Position numbers and translations under genes: made by a program. The notes below the pieces were generated by a model. It searched no databases. It was given only the letters and a program-made list of their open reading frames with translations, and was not told where the DNA came from. Below, piece by piece: positions 19,258 through 29,316 of a stretch of 35,759 nucleotides of DNA; position 1 is the first letter of the stretch, and each line of letters opens with the position of its first letter. Source of the stretch: Gammaproteobacteria bacterium (GTDB lineage Bacteria; Pseudomonadota; Gammaproteobacteria; SZUA-229); contig JAOUMO010000002.1 in NCBI GenBank assembly GCA_029881425.1, forward strand, positions 1 to 35,759, in the 5' to 3' direction.

Positions 19258-19677
19258 CTACTGGCCCTCACCCTCGGTCGACACACCTGGCTCCTGTTTT
19301 AAACCCGACTCATAACGTGTCGGATAAAGTATCTCCGTTAGGCGTGCCACTGCATTAATAAATAACTCGCGGGGGAATTTCTGGCAATGATTCTGTAACC
19401 AGACCTGGACCGTAGGGAAGTCCATGTCACCTAAAATATTATAGGTACTGGGCACAATGACATTGAATGCCGATAAATATCCCATGATCCAGTCATTAAA
19501 TACATCCAGCTCAGCACTACCCTTTTGTGCCGCATCCAGATACACCCCACAGGGCTGAGCGCCTACACCAAAAACCGCATAGGCATTCTCAAAATCACGT
19601 GCCTGTACTGTAGTAACACTCAGGCATACAAACACCAGGTAAATTCTTATTTTCTGCAACATTATCAATTTATCCAT
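19258..19677 (-). CDS. Hypothetical secreted protein with two cysteines
   Basis: SD aggtga lies 8 nt before the ATG (MDKLIM...). Signal peptide ends ..TVQA/RD. Pattern G..PCGVYL...W(I)MGYLSAFN...W...HC. No recognised family. Confidence 0.55.
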   Translation of the reverse strand: MDKLIMLQKIRIYLVFVCLSVTTVQARDFENAYAVFGVGAQPCGVYLDAAQKGSAELDVFNDWIMGYLSAFNVIVPSTYNILGDMDFPTVQVWLQNHCQKFPRELFINAVARLTEILYPTRYESGLKQEPGVSTEGEGQ

Positions 19678-19778
19678 TCGTGCACTCACCTGTTTAATAT
19701 AGTCTCAAATTACAACAAATTTGCATATAACATAAAATAAGACTATTGTCTGATTTTCAGGCTCGGAGGATCGACGTT

Positions 19779-20420
19779 ATGACCAACACAAAACCTGAAG
19801 TAAAGATTTCGGTCATCAGTGATTATATTTGCCCCTTTTGCTATATAGGCCACAAGCGCCTCGAATCACTGCGTGAAGACTATGTGCTCAAAATTAACTG
19901 GTGCTTTGTAGAGATTCACCCTGAAACGCCCGCAGAAGGCCAATCGGTCAAGCTTTTAAACTATTCAGAAGACTACTGGAACGAACTGATGCAAAACCTG
20001 CATCAGATGGCAGAGGCCGAAGGACTTAAACTATCCGAGCACACCATCACCACCAACTCACGCAAGGCCCTGCTGCTGGCAGAGGCCACTAAATCACTGG
20101 GTGCCGATCTCTTCTATCCCTTGCATGAACGCCTGTTCGAGGCCTATTTTGTCGATGCACTCAATATTGGCGATGAACAGGTATTGCGCGATATTGCCGC
20201 CGAATGCAATATCAGCAATGAGATTATCGAGCAGGCCTGGCAGGATCCCTATAGCCACGGCCCCGAGGATTCGGTACCTGCCCCGCTGCTACCCTACCTC
20301 CAATATGCAGGCAGCATCCAGGCCAGCAGTGTACCTACCTTTGTGTTTGGCACCGAGATGCTTACCGGGGCGGTTAGCAAAGCCGCGCTTAAACAGGCTG
20401 CTAAAAATTTCCTGGGATGA
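19779..20420 (+). CDS. DsbA-family (FrnE/HCCA-isomerase-like) thiol oxidoreductase
   Basis: SD ggagga lies 8 nt upstream. The N-terminal VISDYICPFCYIG carries the CPFC active site. There is no signal peptide. Confidence 0.8.
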   Translation: MTNTKPEVKISVISDYICPFCYIGHKRLESLREDYVLKINWCFVEIHPETPAEGQSVKLLNYSEDYWNELMQNLHQMAEAEGLKLSEHTITTNSRKALLLAEATKSLGADLFYPLHERLFEAYFVDALNIGDEQVLRDIAAECNISNEIIEQAWQDPYSHGPEDSVPAPLLPYLQYAGSIQASSVPTFVFGTEMLTGAVSKAALKQAAKNFLG

Positions 20421-20477
20421 AATCTCCCAGTTTTTGGTCTAGGCTCAGGAAAAGGACGAAAAAAGCTGCCAATTATT

Positions 20478-21035
20478 ATGAATTTTCCTGATAGCAAATT
20501 CTGGGACTTCTCAGTCAACACCTACCGATCGGGTGATGTAGAAAAGGTCTGCCTGCAACTACAAAATGAATATAATGCTGACATCAACATCATCTTATAC
20601 TGCTGCTGGGCAGGACATAACCACGTCGGCCTGTGTGACATAGATATTGAACAGCTTATTTCCACCACATCGCCCTGGCAAAGCAGCATACTTAAACCCC
20701 TTCGCGCAGCCCGAAACACACTGAAACAACACATTATTGCAATGCCTGCCGATATGATTGATCAGACACTCAGCAACCTTTCGGAAATGGAACTCAATGC
20801 AGAGCGCATGAGCCAGCTAGCAATGGAAAAAACGATTAAACTGCATGATCGCGACTGCTGTAAAGATAAAACAGCTTTGCAATGTACAATGCATAATCTT
20901 GAACTGTATTTGCAGACACTGCCCATAGACTCCATGGACAGCGTAGATGTGCAAATTGATACCATAATCAGTGCTGTCTTCCACGATAAAGATACGGGGA
21001 AAGCCGTCGCAATGCCTGCCGAGGCGACAAGCTAG
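20478..21035 (+). CDS. TIGR02444/DUF2390 family protein
   Basis: FWDFS...Y....VE..CL.LQNEY.ADINIILYCCW...PWQ....PLR..R follows the pattern I recall for this family. Confidence 0.7.
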   Translation: MNFPDSKFWDFSVNTYRSGDVEKVCLQLQNEYNADINIILYCCWAGHNHVGLCDIDIEQLISTTSPWQSSILKPLRAARNTLKQHIIAMPADMIDQTLSNLSEMELNAERMSQLAMEKTIKLHDRDCCKDKTALQCTMHNLELYLQTLPIDSMDSVDVQIDTIISAVFHDKDTGKAVAMPAEATS

Positions 21036-21102
21036 AACAGCAATTTATAAACCCGGATAGCGTAAATACTGACACAAGCCAGGAACATCACCTGATTTAG
21101 CT

Positions 21103-21807
21103 ATGTTTGATAAAGTCACCCGCAACGCCAGTATTTATATTTTTTACATACTGGTGTCATCGATACTCACAGCAATCCTCAACATTATCCATTCACAACT
21201 GATCCATGCTGAAATCACGACCATAAACTTTATTATGCCGACCGTGGCGGGCTGCATTTTTGGTGTACTGCTAGCAGAAATAAAACTGCTAAATCGGCAA
21301 CTCAATAGCATTGCAACCACAGATCAACTTACCCAGACCTTTAATCGAATGCAGTTTGATAATTTTCTCGAGGCCGAAATTGACAGGGTGAATCGCTATG
21401 GGCAGCCATTTACTTTAATCTTTATGGATATTGACCACTTCAAAAATGTTAACGATCAATATGGCCACCATACTGGTGATATTGTCCTCTCCAGTATCGC
21501 CCAGTTAATTAAAAGCAATAATAGAACAGCTGATATTTTTGCACGCTATGGTGGCGAGGAATTTGTCATTCTCTCACCGTCATCACAGCTTGAAAATGGC
21601 ACACAGCATGCGGAACGACTACGGAAAATAATTGAACAGCACCACTTTAATAAATTAAACAATATCACCTGTAGCTTTGGGGTTGCTGAATATAATAAAG
21701 ACACTAAAGATAGCGATAGTATTTTAATTCGAGCAGACCGCGCCCTCTACAGGGCAAAAGAAGGCGGTCGCAACAGGGTAGAACAGGAACAGAAACCGGT
21801 TCAATAA
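21103..21807 (+). CDS. Membrane-anchored diguanylate cyclase (GGDEF)
   Basis: Two N-terminal TM helices, then D.DHFK.VND..GH..GD and RYGGEEF, with an RTAD I-site 5 residues upstream. Confidence 0.85.
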   Translation: MFDKVTRNASIYIFYILVSSILTAILNIIHSQLIHAEITTINFIMPTVAGCIFGVLLAEIKLLNRQLNSIATTDQLTQTFNRMQFDNFLEAEIDRVNRYGQPFTLIFMDIDHFKNVNDQYGHHTGDIVLSSIAQLIKSNNRTADIFARYGGEEFVILSPSSQLENGTQHAERLRKIIEQHHFNKLNNITCSFGVAEYNKDTKDSDSILIRADRALYRAKEGGRNRVEQEQKPVQ

Positions 21808-22163
21808 AACAGGACCAACAACCAGACCACGGCGAGGTTGAGCAATGCAAACATCACGGCAGCCGAGCCCATGTCCTTGGCTCGCCCACACAGCTCATGA
21901 TGCTCCATCCCAATCCGGTCAACCACGGCCTCGATAGCCGAGTTTAGAATTTCGACTATCAACAGCAATATGATGCTGGCAATCAAAAAGGCAATCTCCA
22001 GCCCGGTATCACCCAACCAGAAGGCCAGCGGCAGCAGGATGATGGACAGCAGTACCTCCTGCCGAAACGCCTCCTCATGCACAAACGCCGCCTTAATACC
22101 CTGCGCAGAATACTGCGTTGCCTTGAGTATGCGCGTTAAGCCTTTGTTACCACTATATGCCAT
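21801..22163 (-). CDS. dgkA: Diacylglycerol kinase
   Basis: 120 aa. EAFRQE...EILNSAIEAVVDRIG.E.HEL.GRAKDMGSAAV is collinear with E. coli DgkA. Lies 13 nt downstream of gcvPB. Confidence 0.9.
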   Translation of the reverse strand: MAYSGNKGLTRILKATQYSAQGIKAAFVHEEAFRQEVLLSIILLPLAFWLGDTGLEIAFLIASIILLLIVEILNSAIEAVVDRIGMEHHELCGRAKDMGSAAVMFALLNLAVVWLLVLFY

Positions 22164-22176
22164 GATATATCGTCAC

Positions 22177-23634
22177 TTATGTCCGGGGTATCGAGCCCCA
22201 GGCCAGATCCAGTTGTTTGGCTGCACGCACCTCATCCAGCCGCTTCACCGGCAAGGTATAGGGCGCACCCTTGACCAGCTCAGGATTGGTTTCGGCTTCC
22301 TGCTGGATCTGTACCAGCGCCTCAATAAAGCCATCCAGTGCCTCTTTTGCCTCTGATTCCGTCGGTTCAATCAACAGGCACTCGGGTACCAGCAGGGGGA
22401 AATAGGTGGTAGGGGCATGGTAACCCAGGTCCAGCAGGCGCTTTGCAAAATCCATGGCGCTCACATGCAACTCTTTGGCCTGCGACTTGAGCGTAATAAT
22501 AAACTCATGTGAGGCATGGCGATCGGGAATCGCCGCCTCAAAACCACGCGCCTTCAATTGCGCCATCATATAATTGGCATTGAGCGTGGCAAACTCAGCC
22601 ACACGGTGCATACCCTCACGACCCAGCAGGCGCATGTACACATAGGCTCGCAATAGCACACCGGCATTACCCATGAAGGCAGACATACGGCCAATACTTT
22701 GTGGGCAGTCTTTTTCTGTCAGCCAGCGATAGACATCATTATCTTTAGTGACCATGGGCAGGGGTAAAAAGGGCAGCAGGCGTTTCGATACACCCACCGC
22801 ACCGGAACCGGGACCACCACCACCGTGGGGTGTCGAAAAGGTTTTATGCAGATTCGAATGAATCACATCAAAGCCCATATCACCGGGACGTATCTTGCCA
22901 AGAATCGCATTCAGGTTGGCGCCATCGTAGTACAACAGGCCACCGGCTTTATGAATGGTGGCCGCAATCTCTTCGATGTTGCGCTCAAACACACCCAGCG
23001 TAGAGGGATTGGTTAGCATCAGGCCGGCCGTTTGTGGGCCGACCGCTGCTTTCAATGCAGCAACATCCACATCGCCATTATCCAGTGTGGGGATTTCTTT
23101 TACCGTGTAACCGCACATGGTGGCGGTTGCCGGGTTGGTACCGTGTGCCGCATCGGGCACGAGTATTTCCTTACGCCCGAAATCCTCGCGCGCATCATGG
23201 TAGGCACGCATCATCGCGACACCGGCAAATTCACCCTGGGCACCGGCCATGGGCGCCAGTGAAAAACCGGCCATGCCCGTAACATCACATAACATCGCCT
23301 GCAATTCATACATACAGGCCATAAAGCCCTGGGAGTATTGCTCCGGCGCCAGCGGATGGCGCGATAAAAATCCGGGCAACATCGCCAGCGTGTTACAGGC
23401 ACGTGGATTGTGTTTCATGGTGCAGGAACCGAGCGGATAAAAATGCGTATCGATTGAAAAATTCTTTTGCGACAGGGAGGTGTAATGACGCACCACCTGC
23501 ATCTCGGAGACTTCAGGCAAAGCGGCCGGCGTGGCACGCAATAAGGCCTGCGGGATATCCTTGATCGCATCAGCCGATGTGGGCGCCTGGATTTTTGTAC
23601 TGCGACCCTTCGTACTGTGTTCAAAAATTAACAT
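22177..23634 (-). CDS. gcvPB: Glycine dehydrogenase (decarboxylating) subunit 2
   Basis: 485 aa, MLIFE.S..GR..., with the PLP-lysine region [15 protein letters not shown]. Confidence 0.95.
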   Translation of the reverse strand: MLIFEHSTKGRSTKIQAPTSADAIKDIPQALLRATPAALPEVSEMQVVRHYTSLSQKNFSIDTHFYPLGSCTMKHNPRACNTLAMLPGFLSRHPLAPEQYSQGFMACMYELQAMLCDVTGMAGFSLAPMAGAQGEFAGVAMMRAYHDAREDFGRKEILVPDAAHGTNPATATMCGYTVKEIPTLDNGDVDVAALKAAVGPQTAGLMLTNPSTLGVFERNIEEIAATIHKAGGLLYYDGANLNAILGKIRPGDMGFDVIHSNLHKTFSTPHGGGGPGSGAVGVSKRLLPFLPLPMVTKDNDVYRWLTEKDCPQSIGRMSAFMGNAGVLLRAYVYMRLLGREGMHRVAEFATLNANYMMAQLKARGFEAAIPDRHASHEFIITLKSQAKELHVSAMDFAKRLLDLGYHAPTTYFPLLVPECLLIEPTESEAKEALDGFIEALVQIQQEAETNPELVKGAPYTLPVKRLDEVRAAKQLDLAWGSIPRT

Positions 23635-24986
23635 AGGATTGCCTCCAGTGCCTGTGCATAGGTATTGATTTCATCATCACTACGCATCTCGGTAGCGCAG
23701 ACCAGGATGCAGTTGTCCAGCTCGGGGAACTCGCTCGATAAATCATAACCACCCAGGATATTTTTATCCGCCAGCGCAGCCAGCACCTCGGCTGCCGGTT
23801 TATTAAATTTCAAAACCGCCTCGTGGAAACGCGCACCATCAAAGATGACTTCAACGCCGTTAATGGCCGCCAGTTTTTCGACCAGGCTGACCGTATTCTG
23901 GTGACAGCTTGCCGCAACCCGTGCCAGCCCCTGAGGACCCAGCAGCGCCATATGAATGGTCGATGCGGTCACTACCAGGCCCTGGTTGGTACAGATGTTG
24001 GAGGTCGCCTTGGAACGGCGAATATGCTGCTCACGCGCCTGCAGGGTCAACACGAAACCTTCACGGTCGTCCTGGTCCAGGGTGCACCCCACGATACGGC
24101 CCGGCATCTGCCGTACATGCTGCTTCTGGCAACACATGAAGCCGTAATAGGGACCACCGGAGGACATAGGTGCACCCAGCGGCTGGCCATCGCCACAGGC
24201 AATGTCGGCACCCTGCTCACCCCATTCACCGGGTGGTTTTAGCAGCGCAAGACTCAGGGGATTAACCAGCGCAATCACCAGCGCACCCTTTTCGTGGGCC
24301 CAGTTGGTGAGGGCATCCACATCTTCCAGGTTACCGAAGAAGTTGGGCTGGGAAATCACCAGTGCGGCAATATCATCATCCTGCCAGGGCTGCAGCGCAT
24401 CCAGTGTGGTCAGGCCTGTCGATGTATCTATATCCACAGTCACCAGCTCTATATCCTGGTGACAGACGATAGCGTTACAGGTTTTCTGGTACACCGGGTT
24501 CACGGAACGCGGCATTAAAATACGCCGTGATTTTGACTTGCGATTGGCGCGCACCGCCATCAACACCGCCTCTGCCAGGCCCGAGGCACCATCATACAAA
24601 GAGGCATTGGATACATCCATCGCCGTCAGTGCTGTCATCATGCTCTGGTATTCATAAATCAGTTGCAGCGTTCCCTGCGAGGCCTCTGCCTGGTACGGCG
24701 TATAGGACGTATAAAATTCACCACGCGTGGTAATCTGCCATACCGCCGCAGGGATATGATGGTCATAGGCACCGGCACCCATAAAACACAGCGGGTGGCC
24801 ATCGGCTGCAGCACGTGACGACATCAGTCGAGTGATTTCCATTTCGGTCATTCCCTCAGGAATGTTTGCCAGCCCATCAATTTTTAAATGGGCAGGAATT
24901 TCATCAAATAGATTATCGATCTTATCCACCCCTATGATGGATAACATGTCACGTATTTCTTCTTCGGTATGGGGTACGAATGGCAT
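23628..24986 (-). CDS. gcvPA: Glycine dehydrogenase (decarboxylating) subunit 1
   Basis: Homology begins at [15 protein letters not shown]. The 33 upstream codons in the ORF track read through a dispersed repeat. Overlaps gcvPB by 7 nt. Confidence 0.93.
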   Translation of the reverse strand: MPFVPHTEEEIRDMLSIIGVDKIDNLFDEIPAHLKIDGLANIPEGMTEMEITRLMSSRAAADGHPLCFMGAGAYDHHIPAAVWQITTRGEFYTSYTPYQAEASQGTLQLIYEYQSMMTALTAMDVSNASLYDGASGLAEAVLMAVRANRKSKSRRILMPRSVNPVYQKTCNAIVCHQDIELVTVDIDTSTGLTTLDALQPWQDDDIAALVISQPNFFGNLEDVDALTNWAHEKGALVIALVNPLSLALLKPPGEWGEQGADIACGDGQPLGAPMSSGGPYYGFMCCQKQHVRQMPGRIVGCTLDQDDREGFVLTLQAREQHIRRSKATSNICTNQGLVVTASTIHMALLGPQGLARVAASCHQNTVSLVEKLAAINGVEVIFDGARFHEAVLKFNKPAAEVLAALADKNILGGYDLSSEFPELDNCILVCATEMRSDDEINTYAQALEAILC

Positions 24987-25002
24987 AAAAAACTCGTTTA
25001 TA

Positions 25003-25196
25003 TTTCCGCAAATGAACGCGCATAAACGCAAATGTTTGTCCTGGCAGAAGACACCGATTAACGGCTCATCCGGGACAGGCGCCACGCCAGACCCGACAAG
25101 CCGATAGTTAAATTAAATACCGGCCGGATTCCCGCTTGCGCGGGAATGATCTGGGCCAGGTTAATCAGTAGTGTACTGACAGGTTTATTTGCGGAT
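25003..25196. repeat. MITE-like inverted-repeat element, copy 2, inserted between gcvH and gcvPA
   Basis: tccgcaaatgaacg (left) versus the reverse complement of ggtttatttgcgga (right) matches at 12/14. Shares its termini with copy 1. Carries an extra aaacgcaaatg repeat and a REP palindrome. Confidence 0.45.
25126..25150. repeat. REP-type palindrome ggattcccgc-ttgc-gcgggaatgatc
   Basis: 7-bp GC-rich arms ttcccgc/gcgggaa. The reverse strand reads IIPAQAGI, the signature of a common proteobacterial REP family. Confidence 0.5.
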
Positions 25197-25205
25197 GATT
25201 AAAGG

Positions 25206-25595
25206 TTACTCGTCTTCAACTTCAGACTCATAGCTGCTGGCATCCAGCAATTGCTCGATATCGTCTTCATCATCGGGGGTGATTTTAAAAATCCAGCCAT
25301 CATCATAGGCCGAACCATTGATCATTTCCGGCTCGTCTACCAGCGCCTGGTTGGTATCGACAACGGTGCCGCTAATCGGCATATACATATCCGATGCCGC
25401 CTTTACCGATTCGATAACACAACAGGCATCTTCTGCCGCATAGTGCGTGTCGACTTCAGGCAGTTCAACAAACACGATGTCACCCAGTGCATTTTGCGCA
25501 TGGTCGCTGATGCCAACGGTTACTGTACCGTCGTCTTCCAGGCGGACCCATTCATGGGATCGTGTGTATCGCAGATCAGTTGGTATTTCACTCAT
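25206..25595 (-). CDS. gcvH: Glycine cleavage system protein H
   Basis: 129 aa with the lipoyl-lysine motif ESVKAASD. Confidence 0.95.
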   Translation of the reverse strand: MSEIPTDLRYTRSHEWVRLEDDGTVTVGISDHAQNALGDIVFVELPEVDTHYAAEDACCVIESVKAASDMYMPISGTVVDTNQALVDEPEMINGSAYDDGWIFKITPDDEDDIEQLLDASSYESEVEDE

Positions 25596-25647
25596 AAATC
25601 ACCTCAAAAAATTTGTTTTAATTTTTTAAACAAATACTAATAAATTC

Positions 25648-26751
25648 TCAATCAATACAGGACTTGCCGTCACGGACAAATACCGGCTTAACCACCCGCG
25701 CATTTAACAGCTTACCGCGAATCTCTACCTGGCACTGCTCAGCCGTTGCCGCTGGCACGCGTGCCAGTGCAATCGCCTGTTTCAGGCTAGGGGAAAATGT
25801 ACCACTGGTGGTCTCACCTTCGCCAGCCCCTGCCACAATTACTTTCTGGTGTCCGCGCAGCACACCTTTATCTTCCAGCACCAGCCCCACCAGTTTCTGG
25901 GCGACACCCGCCGCCTTTTCCTGCTCCAGTGCCTGGCGACCAATGAAGTCCCTGTCTGCGGGCTCCCAGGCAATGGTCCAGCCCAGCCCGGAGATCAGTG
26001 GCGATGTGGACTCATCCATATCGGTACCGTAGAGGTTCATGCCCGCTTCAAGACGCAGCGTATCGCGCGCACCCAGCCCACAGGGTTTAACCCCCGCTTT
26101 AAACAGGGCATCCCAGAAGCCCATAGCCTCCGAGTCAGGCAGGATAATTTCAAAACCATCTTCGCCGGTATAACCGGTACGGCCGACAAACCATTCACCA
26201 CTGGCCGCGCCTTCAAAACGCCCCAGCCCGGCCGCCGCCTGGCTCACATCCAGCGGCATCACCTTCAGCGCCTTCTCGATCGCATTTGGCCCCTGCACCG
26301 CGATCATCGCCAGTCCGCTACCTTCTTTAACATCGACATCGAATGCAGCGGCCTGTTTTGTAATCCAGGCCAGGTCCTTATCACGGGTACCGGCATTCAC
26401 CACCATACGCACCCAGTCCTCCGCACTGTCATTGATCGCCATACCATAAATGATAAGGTCATCAATAACACCGCCCTGTTCATTGAGCATACAGCTATAG
26501 AGCGCCTTGCCCGGTTGTTTCAGGCGAGCCACATCATTGGCGAGCAAATATTGTAGAAAGGCTTTTACACGGCTGCCGGTCAGATCGACCACGGTCATAT
26601 GGGAGACATCGAACATGCCTGCATCCTGTCGGACCTGGTGGTGTTCCTCGATCTGGGAACCATAGTTTATGGGCATCTGCCAGCCGGCGAAATCGACGAT
26701 TTTGCCACCCTGTTGCACATGCTTATCGAATAATACAGTTTTTTGACTCAC
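25648..26751 (-). CDS. gcvT: Glycine cleavage system aminomethyltransferase T
   Basis: 367 aa, collinear with E. coli GcvT ([31 protein letters not shown]). GTG start with SD ggaga 7 nt upstream. Confidence 0.95.
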   Translation of the reverse strand: MSQKTVLFDKHVQQGGKIVDFAGWQMPINYGSQIEEHHQVRQDAGMFDVSHMTVVDLTGSRVKAFLQYLLANDVARLKQPGKALYSCMLNEQGGVIDDLIIYGMAINDSAEDWVRMVVNAGTRDKDLAWITKQAAAFDVDVKEGSGLAMIAVQGPNAIEKALKVMPLDVSQAAAGLGRFEGAASGEWFVGRTGYTGEDGFEIILPDSEAMGFWDALFKAGVKPCGLGARDTLRLEAGMNLYGTDMDESTSPLISGLGWTIAWEPADRDFIGRQALEQEKAAGVAQKLVGLVLEDKGVLRGHQKVIVAGAGEGETTSGTFSPSLKQAIALARVPAATAEQCQVEIRGKLLNARVVKPVFVRDGKSCID

Positions 26752-26789
26752 GGCAGTTCTCCATTGTGTTTACAATGACCATCACTGCC

Positions 26790-26990
26790 CCTCTGTCCTG
26801 ATACCTGAGAGATGTCGACAGATACGCGATCTGTACTCCCCTTCGGTGGGCCACTGGGCCGCTCTCCAGAGTCAACCTGCCCCTGCTAAAATATTCAAGG
26901 GACAATCGGCTGCAGTCCTTTTACCTGAGCGTTTCCGGGCGGTTGCGCCTTCGGTGGTAGACTATTATTCTACCCTCTCCCACAGCCAGT
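26790..26990 (-). promoter_or_regulatory. Tandem glycine riboswitch (two aptamers) in the gcvT leader
   Basis: On the minus strand, aptamer 1 reads GGGAGAG...CACCGAAGGCGCAA...CUCAGGUAAAAGGAC. Aptamer 2 reads CUCUGGAGAG...CACCGAAGGGGAG...CUCUCAGGUAUCAGGACAG. Confidence 0.88.
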
Positions 26991-27106
26991 TTGGTCGAGC
27001 GGGGAACTATAAACCAGACAGCAGCGGATTACCATCCGCCATACTTAATTATATTTGTCGGCCGTGACCGCAAATCACCGAGAGACAGCAAAGGATAACA
27101 ACGACC

Positions 27107-28177
27107 GTGGATCTATTTAACAACGCACAGCTACAGAATTTCCTTCACCTGTTCAGCGACAACCCCTATTACCAGGCCTGCATTGTACTCCTGCTCGGCC
27201 TCATCCTGGCCAAGCTGATTAACCACCTGATGGCCAACGTGGTAATGAAAATTGCCCAACAGACCCGCAGCCACCTCGATAACCAGGTTATCCTCATCAC
27301 TCGTCCAACGCTGTTTTACAGTATCCTGTTGATCGCGCTGGCAATCGCCACCCACATTGTCGCCACTGCAGCGACAGAAGCACTCGTCTTCTCCCTGCTC
27401 AAAACCATTGCCGTCTTCATCTGGACCGTATTCTTTATCCGCATGGCACGCGTGATCCTGAAAGCCATTAGCCTGAACCCGAACCAGATCCCCGTCGTCA
27501 GCACGCAGACCCTGCCCCTGTTCCTCAATCTGGCGATACTCGTCATCATCGGCGCAGCGGTTTATTTCCTCTTCAGTGCATGGAATATCGACATGACCGC
27601 CTGGCTGGCCTCGGCCGGTATCGTCGGTATCGCCGTCGGTTTCGCGGCCAAGGACACACTCGCGAATTTATTCTCCGGCGTCTTCATCCTCGCCGATGCG
27701 CCCTACAAGATTGGTGATTATGTCGTGCTCGACAGCACCGAACGCGGCGAGGTAACCCACATTGGCCTACGTAGCACCCGCTTGCTGACCCGTGATGACG
27801 TCGAAGTCACCGTGCCCAATTCCATCATGGGTAACACCAAGGTCATAAATGAATCCGGTGGCCCACACAAAAAATTCCGCATACGCACCAAGGTGGGTGT
27901 TGCCTATGGCAGTGATATCGACCGGGTAAAAGCCCTGCTCATGGAGATCGCCCTGGATGATGCCGATGTCTGCAAAGACCCGGAACCCAGGGTTCGCTTC
28001 CGCCAGTTTGGTGCATCGAGCCTCGACCTTGAATTACTATGCTGGGTTGAAGAACCGATGCTGCGCGGCCGTATAATTGATCAGCTCAATACAAAAATTT
28101 ATAAAAGCTTTATGCAGGCAGGCATCGAGATTCCTTATAGCAAGCATGATATTTTTATTAAGGAAATGCCGAGATAA
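27107..28177 (+). CDS. MscS-family mechanosensitive ion channel
   Basis: 356 aa with N-terminal TM helices and the LANLFSGVFILADAPYKIGDYV pore/beta-domain signature. The GTG start is uncertain. Confidence 0.85.
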   Translation: MDLFNNAQLQNFLHLFSDNPYYQACIVLLLGLILAKLINHLMANVVMKIAQQTRSHLDNQVILITRPTLFYSILLIALAIATHIVATAATEALVFSLLKTIAVFIWTVFFIRMARVILKAISLNPNQIPVVSTQTLPLFLNLAILVIIGAAVYFLFSAWNIDMTAWLASAGIVGIAVGFAAKDTLANLFSGVFILADAPYKIGDYVVLDSTERGEVTHIGLRSTRLLTRDDVEVTVPNSIMGNTKVINESGGPHKKFRIRTKVGVAYGSDIDRVKALLMEIALDDADVCKDPEPRVRFRQFGASSLDLELLCWVEEPMLRGRIIDQLNTKIYKSFMQAGIEIPYSKHDIFIKEMPR

Positions 28178-28522
28178 GTGCCTTATATAAATAACTAATC
28201 CATTCGAATTTAGTATCAATAGTTTATTTAGCTTGATCTAGCGCAATGATAAGCAATGAATTATAAGGCATCTTTTGAGACATTAATCAGGCTCCATTCA
28301 ATGGAATACATTAAAGAGCCGGTTAATAACATTTCCAATTTTGGAATATATCCATTAAGACTCATTAACAAAAATAGGAACAGATCAAATTTAGGGACAA
28401 CACATCCTTACTAAAACCTGTTTGTAATCAACATAATATTTTATAAATAAGCTGCGGGATTCCAGACCACCAATGGGCATACGAAACCCGGCTTAAAATG
28501 ACAACAACTTATGGAGCGAGTT

Positions 28523-29185
28523 ATGAAAATGTTAAAAGCCACATTTGTCACCTCAACTTTTTTAATTTCCAGCATCACACAGGCAGCCACCGCTGTTTAT
28601 GATAACTTTGATGCCGGCCTCAACGGCTGGGGGGCAAATACAACCCAAACCAATGTCAACCACTCACTTGCAGGTGGCAACCCTAACGGCTATCTGGCCA
28701 CAGACAACCTTAACAATGAAACCTATTTTGGTGCTATCGGCAGTGTCAATACAGGTGCTGATTATTCAGGTGTATTTGCTGACGGTTTATGGACCGTCTC
28801 CGTTGACCTGAACTTTATCCGTGGCGATTTTACAGATGCCCGACTTCGCTACCGCTATCAGGATGCAGGCTTCAATGGCTGGTATTATTCACTCACCAAT
28901 AGCTTCGACAATTCCTGGACCAACTACAGTGTCACCTTTGATACCACGTGGAGCGATGCCGAAGCCATACTCAATGGCTGGACTCAGGAAGATACTAGTA
29001 GCAGCTTCGCCGCACTCTGGGACAATGCCTACACCTCGGAAATACGCCTGGTTGGCACCCCCAACACGAACCTTGTTGCCGGCATAGACAACTACCGGGC
29101 ATCGGTAGTCCCCCTGCCGGCTGCTGTCTGGTTATTCCTTAGTGGGCTGACAGGTTTGATTGCAATATCACGCAAAAAAGCCTGA
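28523..29185 (+). CDS. Secreted protein with a VPLPA-CTERM (PEP-CTERM-like) sorting signal
   Basis: SD ggag lies 6 nt before the ATG. Signal peptide ends ..ITQAATA. The C-terminus VPLPAAVWLFLSGLTGLIAISRKKA has the motif, a TM helix and a basic tail. Confidence 0.7.
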   Translation: MKMLKATFVTSTFLISSITQAATAVYDNFDAGLNGWGANTTQTNVNHSLAGGNPNGYLATDNLNNETYFGAIGSVNTGADYSGVFADGLWTVSVDLNFIRGDFTDARLRYRYQDAGFNGWYYSLTNSFDNSWTNYSVTFDTTWSDAEAILNGWTQEDTSSSFAALWDNAYTSEIRLVGTPNTNLVAGIDNYRASVVPLPAAVWLFLSGLTGLIAISRKKA

Positions 29186-29316
29186 TCCTGATCGCCGGGT
29201 TTAGAATGATTGTTCCTGGCCCGGTACATTTACCCTGATACAGGCCTGGCTTATTCAATAAAAGGGCTCTAATTACAGGCACTTTGTTAACTGATGACCA
29301 GGCATGAAGGAGATTT

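Noticed and set aside
21801-21807. 7-bp overlap of the convergent 3' ends of the GGDEF gene and dgkA
   Set aside because: The overlap is real, but it is a common consequence of tight packing. I saw no structure or motif suggesting a specific function.
24987-25085. 33-codon N-terminal extension of gcvPA in the ORF track ([33 protein letters not shown])
   Set aside because: GcvPA homology begins at [10 protein letters not shown]. The extension is a read-through of the dispersed repeat and spacer.
25849-26556. 235-aa plus-strand ORF antisense to gcvT, with similar antisense ORFs in purD (9535-10059), the TauE gene (16647-17096), gcvPA/PB and rhlB
   Set aside because: They are shadow frames of well-supported genes. 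Their composition is Arg/Pro/His-rich, and they have no start context or family signature.
29240-29300. Possible sigma-54 (-24/-12) promoter upstream of the second CTERM gene (GGCAC-like element)
   Set aside because: No GC dinucleotide lies at the correct -12 spacing, so only a partial -24 element is present.
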